From Acholeplasmataceae bacterium (GTDB lineage: Bacteria > Bacillota_I > Bacilli_A > Acholeplasmatales > Acholeplasmataceae), in contig JAIOQX010000004.1 of NCBI GenBank assembly GCA_021108415.1, positions 6,189 to 70,188 of the forward strand: a DNA stretch of 64,000 nucleotides, given 5' to 3'. Made by a program: the position numbers and the translations under genes. Under the pieces are notes generated by a model. The model did not search any database. It was not told the origin of the DNA and worked only from the letters and a program-made list of their open reading frames with translations. Below are positions 19,421 through 29,667 of this stretch, in pieces (the stretch's first letter is position 1; each line of letters starts with the position of its first letter).

Positions 19421-20830
19421 ATGCAAATATTTGAGGGGTTAATGTATTTATCTACACTGGTTGGATTAGGTGTATTGATCAAGTTTAAAACGATAAAAAA
19501 AGAATATGCTATTTCTATTTTAATTGTTATTTTAACATCATTTTTTATCCATATAATTATTGAGGATACTAGATGGCAATTGATACCTTTATTTGTTTCT
19601 ACTTTTTTATTTGTAGGACTAGTAAGCTTATCTCTAACAGGATTTGATAAAATCAAGTCTTTTAAGATTATTAGAAAGAGTCTATTAATTACTTCATCCG
19701 TATTTACTATTATGTATATGTTAATTATATTTTCTTTTCCAGTATATGATATGGTGATGCCAACAGGGGATTATTTGATAGGGACAGAATCTTTTATTTT
19801 AACCGATCCCGTTAGAGAAGAAGCATATGCTACAATTGATACAAATAGAAAAATTAAAGTACAAATATGGTATCCATCAGATGATGTCAAAGGATATGAT
19901 CTTGTTCCATGGTTAGAAGATGGAAGGATTATCGCTCAAGGATTAGCTAGTGATATGGGATTGCCAGAATTTATTCTTAATCACACCGAACATATCGATT
20001 CTAATGCTTATCAGGGTGCACCCATAAGCGATGAACTTAATTCATATCCGGTAGTAATAATTTCACACGGATGGAGAGGGTTTAGAAACCTACATACAGA
20101 TTTAGCTGAAGAACTTGCAAGCCAAGGATATATTGCTGTAAGCATTGATCACACTTATGGCTCTGTCGCAACTGTTTTTAGTGAAGATGAAGTAGTTTAT
20201 TTAAATTCAGATGCCCTACCTGATAGAGATTCAAATAATGTTTTTTTAACATATGCTAATCAATTAGTAAGCACTTATGCAGGAGATATCAGTCTAACGA
20301 TAGACCAACTAGATCTTATGAATCAAAGGTTAATAGTTTCACAATTTGAAGAGAAACTCAATTTGGCTGAAATAGGATTATTAGGCCATTCCACAGGTGC
20401 TGGTGCTGGTGTTTTGGTTGCACTTAATGATACAAGGATTAAAGCAGTATTTGGTATGGATGCATGGGTTGAACCTATTGATGAAATAGATGTAGAAAAA
20501 CATTTAGATGTTCCTTCTCTATTTTTAAGAAGCGAGCAATGGGAAACCGGATTTAATAATACAAATTTAATAGATATTGTTAATCAATCAAATTCTACTT
20601 CATATTTATATCAAATCAATGGGACCATTCACACTGACTTTTCTATGGCCTATATGTATTCACCATTGACTAAGCTTTTAGGATTAACAGGTGAACTCGA
20701 TGGAGATTATCTTGTACCGATGTTAAAAGAAATGATTGTAGGATTCTTTAGCGAACATTTATATAACAATCAAATTATTGAGACAAATAAGTTTGATGAA
20801 CGATGGAATGAAGTTAATAAAATAGATTAA
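19421..20830 (+). CDS. Membrane-anchored alpha/beta hydrolase (PAF-acetylhydrolase-like)
   Basis: N-terminal TMs; PTGDYLIG, VQIWYP, PVVIISHG, ELASQGY, GHSTG nucleophile, H.DFS. Confidence 0.82.
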   Translation: MQIFEGLMYLSTLVGLGVLIKFKTIKKEYAISILIVILTSFFIHIIIEDTRWQLIPLFVSTFLFVGLVSLSLTGFDKIKSFKIIRKSLLITSSVFTIMYMLIIFSFPVYDMVMPTGDYLIGTESFILTDPVREEAYATIDTNRKIKVQIWYPSDDVKGYDLVPWLEDGRIIAQGLASDMGLPEFILNHTEHIDSNAYQGAPISDELNSYPVVIISHGWRGFRNLHTDLAEELASQGYIAVSIDHTYGSVATVFSEDEVVYLNSDALPDRDSNNVFLTYANQLVSTYAGDISLTIDQLDLMNQRLIVSQFEEKLNLAEIGLLGHSTGAGAGVLVALNDTRIKAVFGMDAWVEPIDEIDVEKHLDVPSLFLRSEQWETGFNNTNLIDIVNQSNSTSYLYQINGTIHTDFSMAYMYSPLTKLLGLTGELDGDYLVPMLKEMIVGFFSEHLYNNQIIETNKFDERWNEVNKID

Positions 20831-20972
20831 ATTTAAAATCATAAACGCAAACCAGATCAAATACATGTACGTCTTTTTAAAAAATACAAAAAGTGAAAAT
20901 ATATTAAACGCATTTATAAGTGTATACAGTTTTGAGATAATATAGTAAAATACATACAAAGGGAGTGATTAT

Positions 20973-21695
20973 ATGTTTACAATCGTTAAAGAGTATGAAA
21001 GTGGCGTTAAATTTAGATTTGGTAAATTTGTAAAAGTATTAAAACCTGGTATAAGATTTGTATTTCCAATTGTTCATGAATACAAAAAAATTGATTTAAG
21101 AACAATTACACAAGATGTTCCAGAACAAAAATGTATTACAAAAGACAATGTAACCATTACAATTAATGCAGTTGTTTATTACAGAGTCTTTGATGCTAAG
21201 ATTGCAGTATTAGATGTAAAAGATTGTTTCTTTGCAGTTACTCAACTTGCACAAACAACACTTAGAAACTCCTTAGGTGGATTTAAATTAGATGAACTTT
21301 TATCTAATTTAAAAGTAATTTCAAGAGAAATCAAAGAAATTGTTGATACTGAAACAGATCCATGGGGAATCAAGGTCGAAAAAGTTGAGATTAAAGATAT
21401 TAAAATCCCTGCTGATATGGAGCGAATTATTGCAAAAGAAGCTGAAGCTGAAAGAGAAAAACGAGCAATTATTGTAAAGAGTGAAGGGGAAGTTGAAGCG
21501 TCACAAAAACTAGCTGATGCAGCACGTATACTATCTTCAAGCCCTGGAGCAATGCATTTAAGAACACTTGCTACATTAAATGATTTGTCAGGAGATAAAT
21601 CAAATACAATTGTTCTTGCAATTCCAGTTGAAGTATTAGAATCCTTTAAAAACACAAATGTAGTTGATAAAGTAAAGAGTTTAGTTACAAAATAA
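20973..21695 (+). CDS. SPFH/stomatin (slipin) family protein
   Basis: ITKDNV, LAQTTLR, WGIKVEKVEIKDI, AEAEREKRA. Confidence 0.92.
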   Translation: MFTIVKEYESGVKFRFGKFVKVLKPGIRFVFPIVHEYKKIDLRTITQDVPEQKCITKDNVTITINAVVYYRVFDAKIAVLDVKDCFFAVTQLAQTTLRNSLGGFKLDELLSNLKVISREIKEIVDTETDPWGIKVEKVEIKDIKIPADMERIIAKEAEAEREKRAIIVKSEGEVEASQKLADAARILSSSPGAMHLRTLATLNDLSGDKSNTIVLAIPVEVLESFKNTNVVDKVKSLVTK

Positions 21696-21722
21696 GATAA
21701 AAAAATACGTTGATTTTAATAT

Positions 21723-21749
21723 AAGCAGGATTTTATGCCTGCTTTTTTT
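21723..21749 (+). terminator. Intrinsic terminator
   Basis: aagcagg..cctgctt plus T run. Confidence 0.7.
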
Positions 21750-21803
21750 ATTTTTTCACAGCAAGTCAACATTAAAAAAAACTAACAAAATTTTTTTACA
21801 TTG

Positions 21804-21831
21804 TTGACAAATAGAAATAAATGACTATAAT
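21804..21831 (+). promoter_or_regulatory. SigA-type promoter of the T-box/trpB transcript
   Basis: TTGACA 21804-21809, 16 bp, TATAAT 21826-21831. Confidence 0.6.
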
Positions 21832-21844
21832 AGATTATAAATTC

Positions 21845-22111
21845 GAAGATAAAGAAAAGTAATTTAGGTAAACATATCAAGCGAGTCCATGGTGGTGTGA
21901 GATGGATATATTTAATAACTAAACGAATGGTCTTTTAAGAAGCAAGGTGAATCATAAGTAGCCTGAGCCGGATAGTTTCCGTTATCAAACTAAAAATATA
22001 AAAGTCTTAAATGATGGAGTATTTTGTTAAAGGAGAGACTATTTCTTAGTTTCTTAAATTTGGGTGGTACCACGAGCAATTCGTCCCTTAGCGGGAAGAT
22101 GCTCTTTTTTT
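21845..22111 (+). promoter_or_regulatory. T-box riboswitch, Trp (UGG) specifier
   Basis: AG bulge (agcgag), ggtggtgtgaga loop, GAA-TGG at 21925-21930, AGTA and CCGTTA stem II/IIA-B motifs, T-box AATTTGGGTGGTACCACG (22057-22074) pairing with TTCGTCCC, terminator with U tract 22105-22111. Confidence 0.92.
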
Positions 22112-22161
22112 ATACCCAAAACAAAAATGCTAAAGCAAAAAGACAAGAAAGGAATTACATA

Positions 22162-23337
22162 ATGGAGTTTGGAAAATTTGGTGGACAATTTGTCCCAGGA
22201 CCTATTCTTAAGGCGGTTAAAGAAGTTGAAGAGGCTTATAACAAGTATAAGCAAGATGAAGATTTTATGAATGAATTTAAGTTTTATTTAAAAAACTATG
22301 CAGGTAGACCTTCATTGTTATATTTTGCAGAAAATATGACAAAAGATTTAAATGGCGCAAAAATATATTTAAAGAGAGAAGATTTAAATCATACAGGTGC
22401 TCATAAAATCAATAATGTTTTAGGCCAGGCATTACTTGCAAAAAAAATGGGCAAGAAAAAATTGATTGCAGAGACAGGTGCAGGACAACATGGTGTTGCA
22501 ACTGCGACAGCTGCAGCATTATTTGGATTAGAATGTGAAATTCATATGGGTTATGTAGATATTCTAAAACAATCTTTAAATGTCTATAGAATGGAATTGT
22601 TAGGTGCTAAAGTAGTTGCAGTCCATGATGGATTAAAAACTTTAAAAGAAGCAGTTGATAGTGCTTTAATGAAATGGAGTACAGAATTAGAAGACACGTT
22701 TTATTTACTTGGATCTGCTGTTGGACCACATCCATTTCCTACAATGGTAAGAGATTTTCAAAAAGTCATTGGTGAAGAAATCAAAGTTCAACTAGGTGAA
22801 GTTGAAAATCAATTACCAGATTATATTATTGCATGTGTTGGTGGCGGAAGTAATGCGATTGGTGCATTTTATGATTTCATAGATAACAAGGAAGTTAAAC
22901 TAGTTGGTGTTGAAGCTGCAGGTAAAGGTGTAGATACTAAAGAGCATGCTGCAACTATGACACTTGGTAGTGAAGGTGTGATACACGGGATGAACACCAT
23001 TGTTTTAACTGAAGAAAACGGTGAAATTTCTCCAGTCTATTCAATTTCTGCAGGTCTTGATTATCCAGGTGTAGGTCCTGAACATGCACATTTAAAAGAA
23101 ATAAAAAGAGTTACATATGAAAGTGCAACTGATGAAGAAGCGGTAACTGCTTTTGAATATTTATCAAAAATTGAAGGCATTATACCAGCCATAGAATCTT
23201 CACATGCTGTATCATATGCAATGAAATTAGCACCCACACTTTCAAAAGATAAGATTATTGTTATTAATTTATCTGGTCGTGGTGATAAGGATGTAAAACA
23301 AATCGCAAGATATAGAAATTACGACTTAGTTGATTGA
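22162..23337 (+). CDS. trpB: Tryptophan synthase beta chain (TrpB1 type), stand-alone
   Basis: [26 protein letters not shown] (PLP Lys), [39 protein letters not shown]; true ATG 22162 (the longer ORF-track start lies inside the T-box). Confidence 0.96.
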   Translation: MEFGKFGGQFVPGPILKAVKEVEEAYNKYKQDEDFMNEFKFYLKNYAGRPSLLYFAENMTKDLNGAKIYLKREDLNHTGAHKINNVLGQALLAKKMGKKKLIAETGAGQHGVATATAAALFGLECEIHMGYVDILKQSLNVYRMELLGAKVVAVHDGLKTLKEAVDSALMKWSTELEDTFYLLGSAVGPHPFPTMVRDFQKVIGEEIKVQLGEVENQLPDYIIACVGGGSNAIGAFYDFIDNKEVKLVGVEAAGKGVDTKEHAATMTLGSEGVIHGMNTIVLTEENGEISPVYSISAGLDYPGVGPEHAHLKEIKRVTYESATDEEAVTAFEYLSKIEGIIPAIESSHAVSYAMKLAPTLSKDKIIVINLSGRGDKDVKQIARYRNYDLVD

Positions 23338-23425
23338 TTCTGTCTCGATATATCCTATTTTAAAAAACTTATATATATGCTATAATTAGGTATAGAATAT
23401 ACGATGTTTTAGAAAAGAGGAAAAG

Positions 23426-24337
23426 ATGGAAACAAATGATTATAGAATAGCGTTATTAATAGATTCTGAAAATATTTCAGCTAAATATATTAAACCAGTG
23501 ATGCACGAAATCGCAAAATACGGGAGAATCGTCATTGCGAGGTTTTATGGAGATATTAACAGTTTATCTAAAGATTGGCACCAAACAGCTTTAAATTATG
23601 CAATAAAGCCGATGCATCAATACAATGTAGCATCTGGAAAGAATGCTGCAGATATGGCGATGGCAATTGATGCATTAGAGATGATGTATCAAGAAAAGGT
23701 AAATACTTTCTTTTTAATTACAAGCGATAGTGACTTTACACCACTTGCGATGAAGTTAAGAGAAGGTGGTATGACGGTTATTGGGATAGGTAATGAAAAA
23801 AAGGTTACAGAAGCTTTTAAATCAGCATGTAATGAATTTAAATATTTTGATTATTTAGAAGATGAAGATGCTGTCACATCAGAAGTTGATGAAGATGATA
23901 CAAATATAGAAAAGATAATTAAAGATATTATTATTGATCAAGGCAATAAGATGCCGTTAAGTAATTTAGGTAATATGCTTAGAAATCGAAGTTCAGATTT
24001 TGATGTTAGAAAATATGGAGTTAAAAATTTATCAAGTCTAGTCAATACATATTCAGGTCTTAGAACGATTCAAAACGATATGGTTGTAGAATTTAAGTCT
24101 GGACTTAATTTTGATGAAATTTCAAAGAAAGTTATTGATATTGTTATGCCTCAAAAAGGTAATAAAATGTTATTGACTCAATTGAAACTAGAATTAGAAG
24201 AATCATTTAAGGATTTTAATTATAAAGAATTTGGATTTTCGCAATTCGGAAAATTCATTGGTTCAATAACTGATGTCAATGTAAGTAATAATTGGGTAAA
24301 GGTTGTAAAGTCTAATGGATCTAAAAAACATAAATAA
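23426..24337 (+). CDS. NYN (LabA/DUF88 PIN-like) nuclease domain with two OST-HTH/LOTUS domains
   Basis: LLIDSEN, KNAADMAMAIDA, SDSDFTPL; C-terminal FDVRKYGVKNLSSL and FNYKEFGFSQFGKF. Confidence 0.88.
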   Translation: METNDYRIALLIDSENISAKYIKPVMHEIAKYGRIVIARFYGDINSLSKDWHQTALNYAIKPMHQYNVASGKNAADMAMAIDALEMMYQEKVNTFFLITSDSDFTPLAMKLREGGMTVIGIGNEKKVTEAFKSACNEFKYFDYLEDEDAVTSEVDEDDTNIEKIIKDIIIDQGNKMPLSNLGNMLRNRSSDFDVRKYGVKNLSSLVNTYSGLRTIQNDMVVEFKSGLNFDEISKKVIDIVMPQKGNKMLLTQLKLELEESFKDFNYKEFGFSQFGKFIGSITDVNVSNNWVKVVKSNGSKKHK

Positions 24338-25130
24338 ACTAAAAGCAACTTATGAAGCATGGATGTTTATTGGTATTATTTTAATCGTGATATCATTTTT
24401 TGGTTTCACAGCAAATCCAATATTTATGATTGGTTTTATAGGCGGTGCTCTAATATCAGCAGTAGGTACCGCTAAGTTTAAAAAATTATCAGTAGAGTTT
24501 AAGATGATTCATGTCAAGAAGATATTAGAAGAGGAGATTTCGGGTATTTTCTATGATCCGAAAAAAGGATTTGATAAAGAGGTTGTCTATGATTCAAAGA
24601 TTCTTAGAAAAGAAGATCGCTACTATAGTGAAGATTATATCTCAGGCGAGATTAAAGGTAAGAAATTTGAAAGTGCTGATGTTAAACTTCAAGATGTGAG
24701 AAGCAATGGTAAATCTACAACTGTAGTTACTGTGTTTCAAGGAAGATTCTTTATTATTGATTTTGAAAAGAAGTTTGAAAGTGATGTTTATATCATGCCA
24801 AATAGGAGTTTTGGATTTAATTGGTTTTCATCAATGGTGAGAATCGATTTAGAGTCTATTGCATTTAATCAACTCTATGATGTTTACTCAGAAAGCCAAC
24901 ATTCAGCTTTTTATTTAATGAAACATGTGTTTGTTGAAAAACTAATTGAATTTAAAAATGTTGCTAAAACAGTTAAATTTGCATTTCAAGATCAAAAAGC
25001 CTATGTCGCTTTAGATACAAGAGTCGATACATTTGATTTAAAAATGTTTCGTCAGATAGACACAAGCTTTTTTGAAGATATAAAAAAAGAGATTAAACTT
25101 CTAGAAGAATTAATAGAGTTAATCCCATAA
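24315..25130 (+). CDS. DUF3137-like membrane-anchored protein
   Basis: Two N-terminal TMs; YSEDYISG, TVFQGRF, LESIAFN.LYDVYS. Confidence 0.72.
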   Translation: MDLKNINKLKATYEAWMFIGIILIVISFFGFTANPIFMIGFIGGALISAVGTAKFKKLSVEFKMIHVKKILEEEISGIFYDPKKGFDKEVVYDSKILRKEDRYYSEDYISGEIKGKKFESADVKLQDVRSNGKSTTVVTVFQGRFFIIDFEKKFESDVYIMPNRSFGFNWFSSMVRIDLESIAFNQLYDVYSESQHSAFYLMKHVFVEKLIEFKNVAKTVKFAFQDQKAYVALDTRVDTFDLKMFRQIDTSFFEDIKKEIKLLEELIELIP

Positions 25131-25134
25131 AAAT

Positions 25135-25165
25135 AGTGCTTGTGATTTAATCACAAGCACTTTTT
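25135..25165. terminator. Bidirectional terminator
   Basis: agtgcttgtgat-tta-atcacaagcact flanked by A and T runs. Confidence 0.8.
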
Positions 25166-25166
25166 A

Positions 25167-27848
25167 TTAAGCTTTTATATTTTTTAATAATTTTGATAAT
25201 TCTACAATAACAATTGGAAGTGACACTAAACCTATGATGATTAACCATTTATCTATCGATAATGTCGTAATACCAAATATTTCTCTTGTAAAAGGTAGGA
25301 ATACTACGATTAGCTGTAGTGCTAAACTTGCAAACAATGCATAATAGATGTATTTATTTCTCTTAAGTTTAAATATTGATGATGTTTGACTTCTCACATT
25401 AAATGCATGTGCTAATTGTGATAAAGCTAGAACTATAAATGTCATGGTTTGTGCCGTCATCATTTTATCAGCTCTAAGTGCACTGGATTCTAAGTACCAA
25501 CCGATTGTATAAGCCCCAAAAGATATAAAACCTAATAATAATCCTTGGAAAGCTATTTTTTTACCTAAACCATCTGCAAAGATGGATTTTTTAGCATCTC
25601 TTGGCATTTGTTGCATGATGTTATCTTCTTTAGGCTCTAAGCCAAGTGCGATTGCCATTAAGGAGTCGGTAACTAAGTTAACCCATAAGATTTGTACAGC
25701 AGTTAGTGTTGTTACGCGACCACTAAATACTAAGATACCAAGCGTTGTTCCTAAGAAGATGGTTATGATTTCGCCAATGTTACAACTTAATAAAAAATGA
25801 ATTGCTTTTTTAATGTTGGCAAATATTGTTCTACCTTCACTTACTGCATTAACGATGGTTGAAAAATTATCATCTGTTAAGACCATATCAGCTGCACCTT
25901 TAGCAACTTCAGTTCCGGTAATACCCATAGCAATGCCAATATCTGCTTTTTTTATTGATGGTGCATCATTGACGCCATCACCTGTCATTGCGACTACTTT
26001 ACCGGCTTTTCTCCAGGCATCAACGATTCTAACTTTGTTTTCTGGAGAGACTCTTGCGTAGACTCTAATGGATTCTAGTTTTGCATAAAATGCTTCATCA
26101 TCCATTTTGTCTAAGTCTTTACCTGTGATTGCAATTTCAGATGAAGATAAGATTTTTAAATCTTTTGCGATTGCAACCGCAGTGTTGATATGATCACCAG
26201 TAATCATAATTGTTTTAATACCTGCTTGATTACATAGCTCAATTGCATCTTTAGCTTCAGGTCTTGCTGGATCAATCATACCTATTAGACCAAGTAAGGT
26301 TAAATCATTTTCTAAATCTTTAGATTTCAATGTTTTTAAATCAAGGGATTTGTCAATTTTTTTATAGGCAACAGCTAAAACGCGTAATGCTTGATTTGCC
26401 ATTTCTTGATTTGCGTCTTCATAAACTTTGATATCTTTTTTGTCTTGGCCTTCAATATTTTTTGATCGTCCAAATATAACATCAGGAGCACCTTTGATGA
26501 CAGCATATCTGCCATCTTTAAAATCATGGACAGTTGTCATCATTTTGCGAGTAGAATCAAATGGTAGTTCATATAATCGTTTGTTTTCTTTTAAGATTTG
26601 AATAGGATCTTTTTTTAAGATAATAGATAAATCTATAAACGCAATCTCTGTTGGATCGCCTATTTTTACAAATTCATCATCTTTTAAAGATACTTTTGTA
26701 TCATTACACAAATTACCCATTAAAGCTAGTTTATCTAATGCATCTGTGGTTTTTGTTTTTTCATTAATGTCAATATAATTATTGTTTGTAAAGACTTTTG
26801 TCACAGTCATTAAATTTTGTGTAAGTGTTCCGGTTTTATCAGAACATATGATGCTAGTAGATCCAAGTGTTTCTACAGCAGGTAGTGTTCTAATAATAGC
26901 TTGCTTTTTAACAAGATTTTGCATACCTAAAGCTAGGACTATTGTAATGATTGCAGGCAATCCTTCAGGAATTGCTGCTACAGCAAGTGCAATAGAAGTT
27001 AGAAGTGCTTCCTTCCAGACTTCAAATGGTGCACTACCATCTATAATATAAGCCTCACCTATGGTTATTGCAAATATGATAAATGTGATACCAAGAGCTA
27101 GAATTGCTAATGTTTTACCAAGCTTAGCCATACTTTGTTGAAGCGGTGTATCTTCATCTTTTGTTTCACTAAGCATCGTTGCTATTTTACCTAATTGAGT
27201 TTTCATCGCAATATCTGTAACGATTGCTTTTCCTCTACCATAGGTAACAACTGTACCCATAAAACCTAAATTTGTACGATCACCTAACGCAACATCGTTT
27301 GCTTTGATTTCTTGTGTTGTTTTTTCAACCGGAAGTGCTTCACCAGTTAAAGGGGATTCATCAGTTTTTAAATTAATTGATTCAATAATTCTAACATCAG
27401 CTGGAACATAATCACCAGCATCTAGGATGACGATATCACCAACGGTGATTTCTTTAACATCAACTAAGATTTGTGTTCCATTTCTTAATACTTTAGCATG
27501 GGGTGAAGACATAGCTTTTATAGATTCTAATGCTTTTTCAGCTTTTGCTTCTTGAAATAATCCTAATGCTGCATTAATTAAAACGATTGCTAAAATCAGA
27601 AAACCTTCTGATATTTCATCTGTAACAAATGATAATATAGATGCTGCAATTAAAACGTAAATCATAAAATCATTGATTTGATCAAAAAATCTTAAAAACC
27701 AACTTCTTTTTTTTGTCTCATCAAGCTGATTAAATCCATAGGTCTCTCGTCTTTTTAATACTTGATCATCAGTAAGTCCTTCTTCAAGATTAGAATCAAG
27801 TGAAATGATGATATCTTCTATATTTTTTTGATAGTTTTTTTGGTCCAT
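25167..27848 (-). CDS. Cation-translocating P-type ATPase (type II, Ca2+/PMR1-like)
   Basis: LTGEA, PEGLP, CSDKTGTLT, KGAPD, MITGD, MTGDGVND. Confidence 0.95.
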   Translation of the reverse strand: MDQKNYQKNIEDIIISLDSNLEEGLTDDQVLKRRETYGFNQLDETKKRSWFLRFFDQINDFMIYVLIAASILSFVTDEISEGFLILAIVLINAALGLFQEAKAEKALESIKAMSSPHAKVLRNGTQILVDVKEITVGDIVILDAGDYVPADVRIIESINLKTDESPLTGEALPVEKTTQEIKANDVALGDRTNLGFMGTVVTYGRGKAIVTDIAMKTQLGKIATMLSETKDEDTPLQQSMAKLGKTLAILALGITFIIFAITIGEAYIIDGSAPFEVWKEALLTSIALAVAAIPEGLPAIITIVLALGMQNLVKKQAIIRTLPAVETLGSTSIICSDKTGTLTQNLMTVTKVFTNNNYIDINEKTKTTDALDKLALMGNLCNDTKVSLKDDEFVKIGDPTEIAFIDLSIILKKDPIQILKENKRLYELPFDSTRKMMTTVHDFKDGRYAVIKGAPDVIFGRSKNIEGQDKKDIKVYEDANQEMANQALRVLAVAYKKIDKSLDLKTLKSKDLENDLTLLGLIGMIDPARPEAKDAIELCNQAGIKTIMITGDHINTAVAIAKDLKILSSSEIAITGKDLDKMDDEAFYAKLESIRVYARVSPENKVRIVDAWRKAGKVVAMTGDGVNDAPSIKKADIGIAMGITGTEVAKGAADMVLTDDNFSTIVNAVSEGRTIFANIKKAIHFLLSCNIGEIITIFLGTTLGILVFSGRVTTLTAVQILWVNLVTDSLMAIALGLEPKEDNIMQQMPRDAKKSIFADGLGKKIAFQGLLLGFISFGAYTIGWYLESSALRADKMMTAQTMTFIVLALSQLAHAFNVRSQTSSIFKLKRNKYIYYALFASLALQLIVVFLPFTREIFGITTLSIDKWLIIIGLVSLPIVIVELSKLLKNIKA

Positions 27849-28001
27849 TGTTTGCTCCTTTATATATGTCTATTTATTATTTTAACATAACTTTAAACTC
27901 ATTTAAACTCAAAGGAATATATATGTGGTTTTATGAGTTTTATCTATCTTTTATTTTATCTCTAATTAAAGTATAATATATGTAGATAAGGAGTTGGTCA
28001 T

Positions 28002-28754
28002 ATGGGTTTTATACAATGTCAATTGAGTTCATCAGAACTTGATATGAATGTTTCAGTTAATGTAATTTATCCTGAGCATGTTCAAGACAATAAAAAAGTA
28101 AAGGTTTTATATTTATTACACGGCTATTATGGACATTATATGGATTGGATGAGATTATCATCAATTGAAAGATATGCATCTAAGTATCAACTATGTGTTG
28201 TAATGCCTTCAGTGGATAATAGTTATTATACGAATAATGCTGTTGGTGTAAATTATTTTAATTATGTTTCAACTGAATTACCTAAAATCATAGAAAACAT
28301 GTTTCATGTATCAGATAAAGCAGAAGATCGATTTGTATGTGGATTATCTATGGGTGGATATGGAGCACTTAAAATTGGATTAACATATCCAGACAGATAT
28401 CATAAAATAGCAAGCCTTTCAGGAGCAATTGATGTAGATAGATTATATAGTACACATATGGATGATCCAAGGCAAAAACGTTTTGAATATTCATTTGGAA
28501 AATTTCCTGTTAAAGGAACTAAGCATGATATTTATCATCTTATTGATCAACTAGGTAATACAAAAAAAGTTCCAGGCATATTTTTAGCTTGTGGAACCGA
28601 AGATTTTTTATATAATGATCATTTAAAATTTAAAGCTTATTTAGAGGAAAAACAGATTGATTATGTGAATAAAGAAGTACCTGGTGGACATGAATGGCGT
28701 TTGTGGGATTTATTTGTACAAGATGTCTTAATATGGATGTTTGAAGAAAAGTAA
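28002..28754 (+). CDS. Esterase family alpha/beta hydrolase (tributyrin esterase/XynC-like)
   Basis: LYLLHG, GLSMGGYG, CGTEDFL, GGHEW. Confidence 0.88.
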   Translation: MGFIQCQLSSSELDMNVSVNVIYPEHVQDNKKVKVLYLLHGYYGHYMDWMRLSSIERYASKYQLCVVMPSVDNSYYTNNAVGVNYFNYVSTELPKIIENMFHVSDKAEDRFVCGLSMGGYGALKIGLTYPDRYHKIASLSGAIDVDRLYSTHMDDPRQKRFEYSFGKFPVKGTKHDIYHLIDQLGNTKKVPGIFLACGTEDFLYNDHLKFKAYLEEKQIDYVNKEVPGGHEWRLWDLFVQDVLIWMFEEK

Positions 28755-28772
28755 CTCGGTTGAGTTACTTTT
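28747..28772. terminator. Bidirectional terminator between convergent esterases
   Basis: aaaagtaactc-ggtt-gagttactttt. Confidence 0.8.
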
Positions 28773-29556
28773 TTAATAACCATATGATGAATTGAGTAAA
28801 CATTTTTCTCCAAGCAAGTTCATTATGGGTATCATCTGTTTCTATATAGAATATATCAGTGATTTCCTTTTCTTCTAAAGTTCTTTTTAAGTTTCTACTA
28901 TTGTTTAGATATTCTTGGTTTCTCTTCTTTTGATTTGTTCCAGAAGATTCAAACCTACCTATTGAAATAAAGAACTTCATATCAGGTTTTATATCAGAAT
29001 AAGTAATGTAATCTAAGAAGTCTGATTCATTAAACCAAGAAGCAAGAGAAAAGACACCAACTGCATTAAATGTTGTAGGATATTTAGATGCGATATATGT
29101 TGATATATATGCGCCCATAGAGCTTCCTGCTATATAAGTATTTTGATAATCACCAAGTGCTCTAAAGTTTTTTTCTATGTAGCGTTTAACTTTTTTAACA
29201 ATAAACTCACCATATACATCGCCTAGACCACCTATTTGAACCTTAAGCATATCTTCCATTAATGCTTTGGATACAAATGGAGCATATTCAAATTGTCTTA
29301 AATCAGAGTTATCTATGCCAACAATGATGATATCTTGATCGATGAGTTGTTCTTTTTTAAGATATGTCATTGTTTCATGTATTTTCCAAGAGGTATGAGC
29401 ATATGAGGTCTCATCTTCAAACAGATTTTGTCCATCATGCATATATAAAACAGGATAAGATATATCCTTTTGATGATAATCATCTGGAAGTAAAACTCTG
29501 ATTACTCTTTTATCTTTAGTTGTTGGAATGTAAAGTTCTTTTTTAATTAAATTCAT
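28765..29556 (-). CDS. Alpha/beta hydrolase, putative esterase
   Basis: YPVLYMHDGQNLF, GSSMGA, HNELAW; RBS aggtga before ATG 29556. Confidence 0.85.
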   Translation of the reverse strand: MNLIKKELYIPTTKDKRVIRVLLPDDYHQKDISYPVLYMHDGQNLFEDETSYAHTSWKIHETMTYLKKEQLIDQDIIIVGIDNSDLRQFEYAPFVSKALMEDMLKVQIGGLGDVYGEFIVKKVKRYIEKNFRALGDYQNTYIAGSSMGAYISTYIASKYPTTFNAVGVFSLASWFNESDFLDYITYSDIKPDMKFFISIGRFESSGTNQKKRNQEYLNNSRNLKRTLEEKEITDIFYIETDDTHNELAWRKMFTQFIIWLLKK

Positions 29557-29667
29557 ATCAATCACCTATAAAATTATTTTAACATGTTTTTATGAAATTC
29601 TGTATTTTATAAAATATGAATAAGAGATAGTGTGATAAAATATAAGTAGAATTACAGGAGGTGCTAC

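Noticed and set aside
22024-22161. 46-codon N-terminal extension of TrpB in the ORF track
   Set aside because: It runs through the T-box antiterminator/terminator; RBS and family start point to ATG 22162
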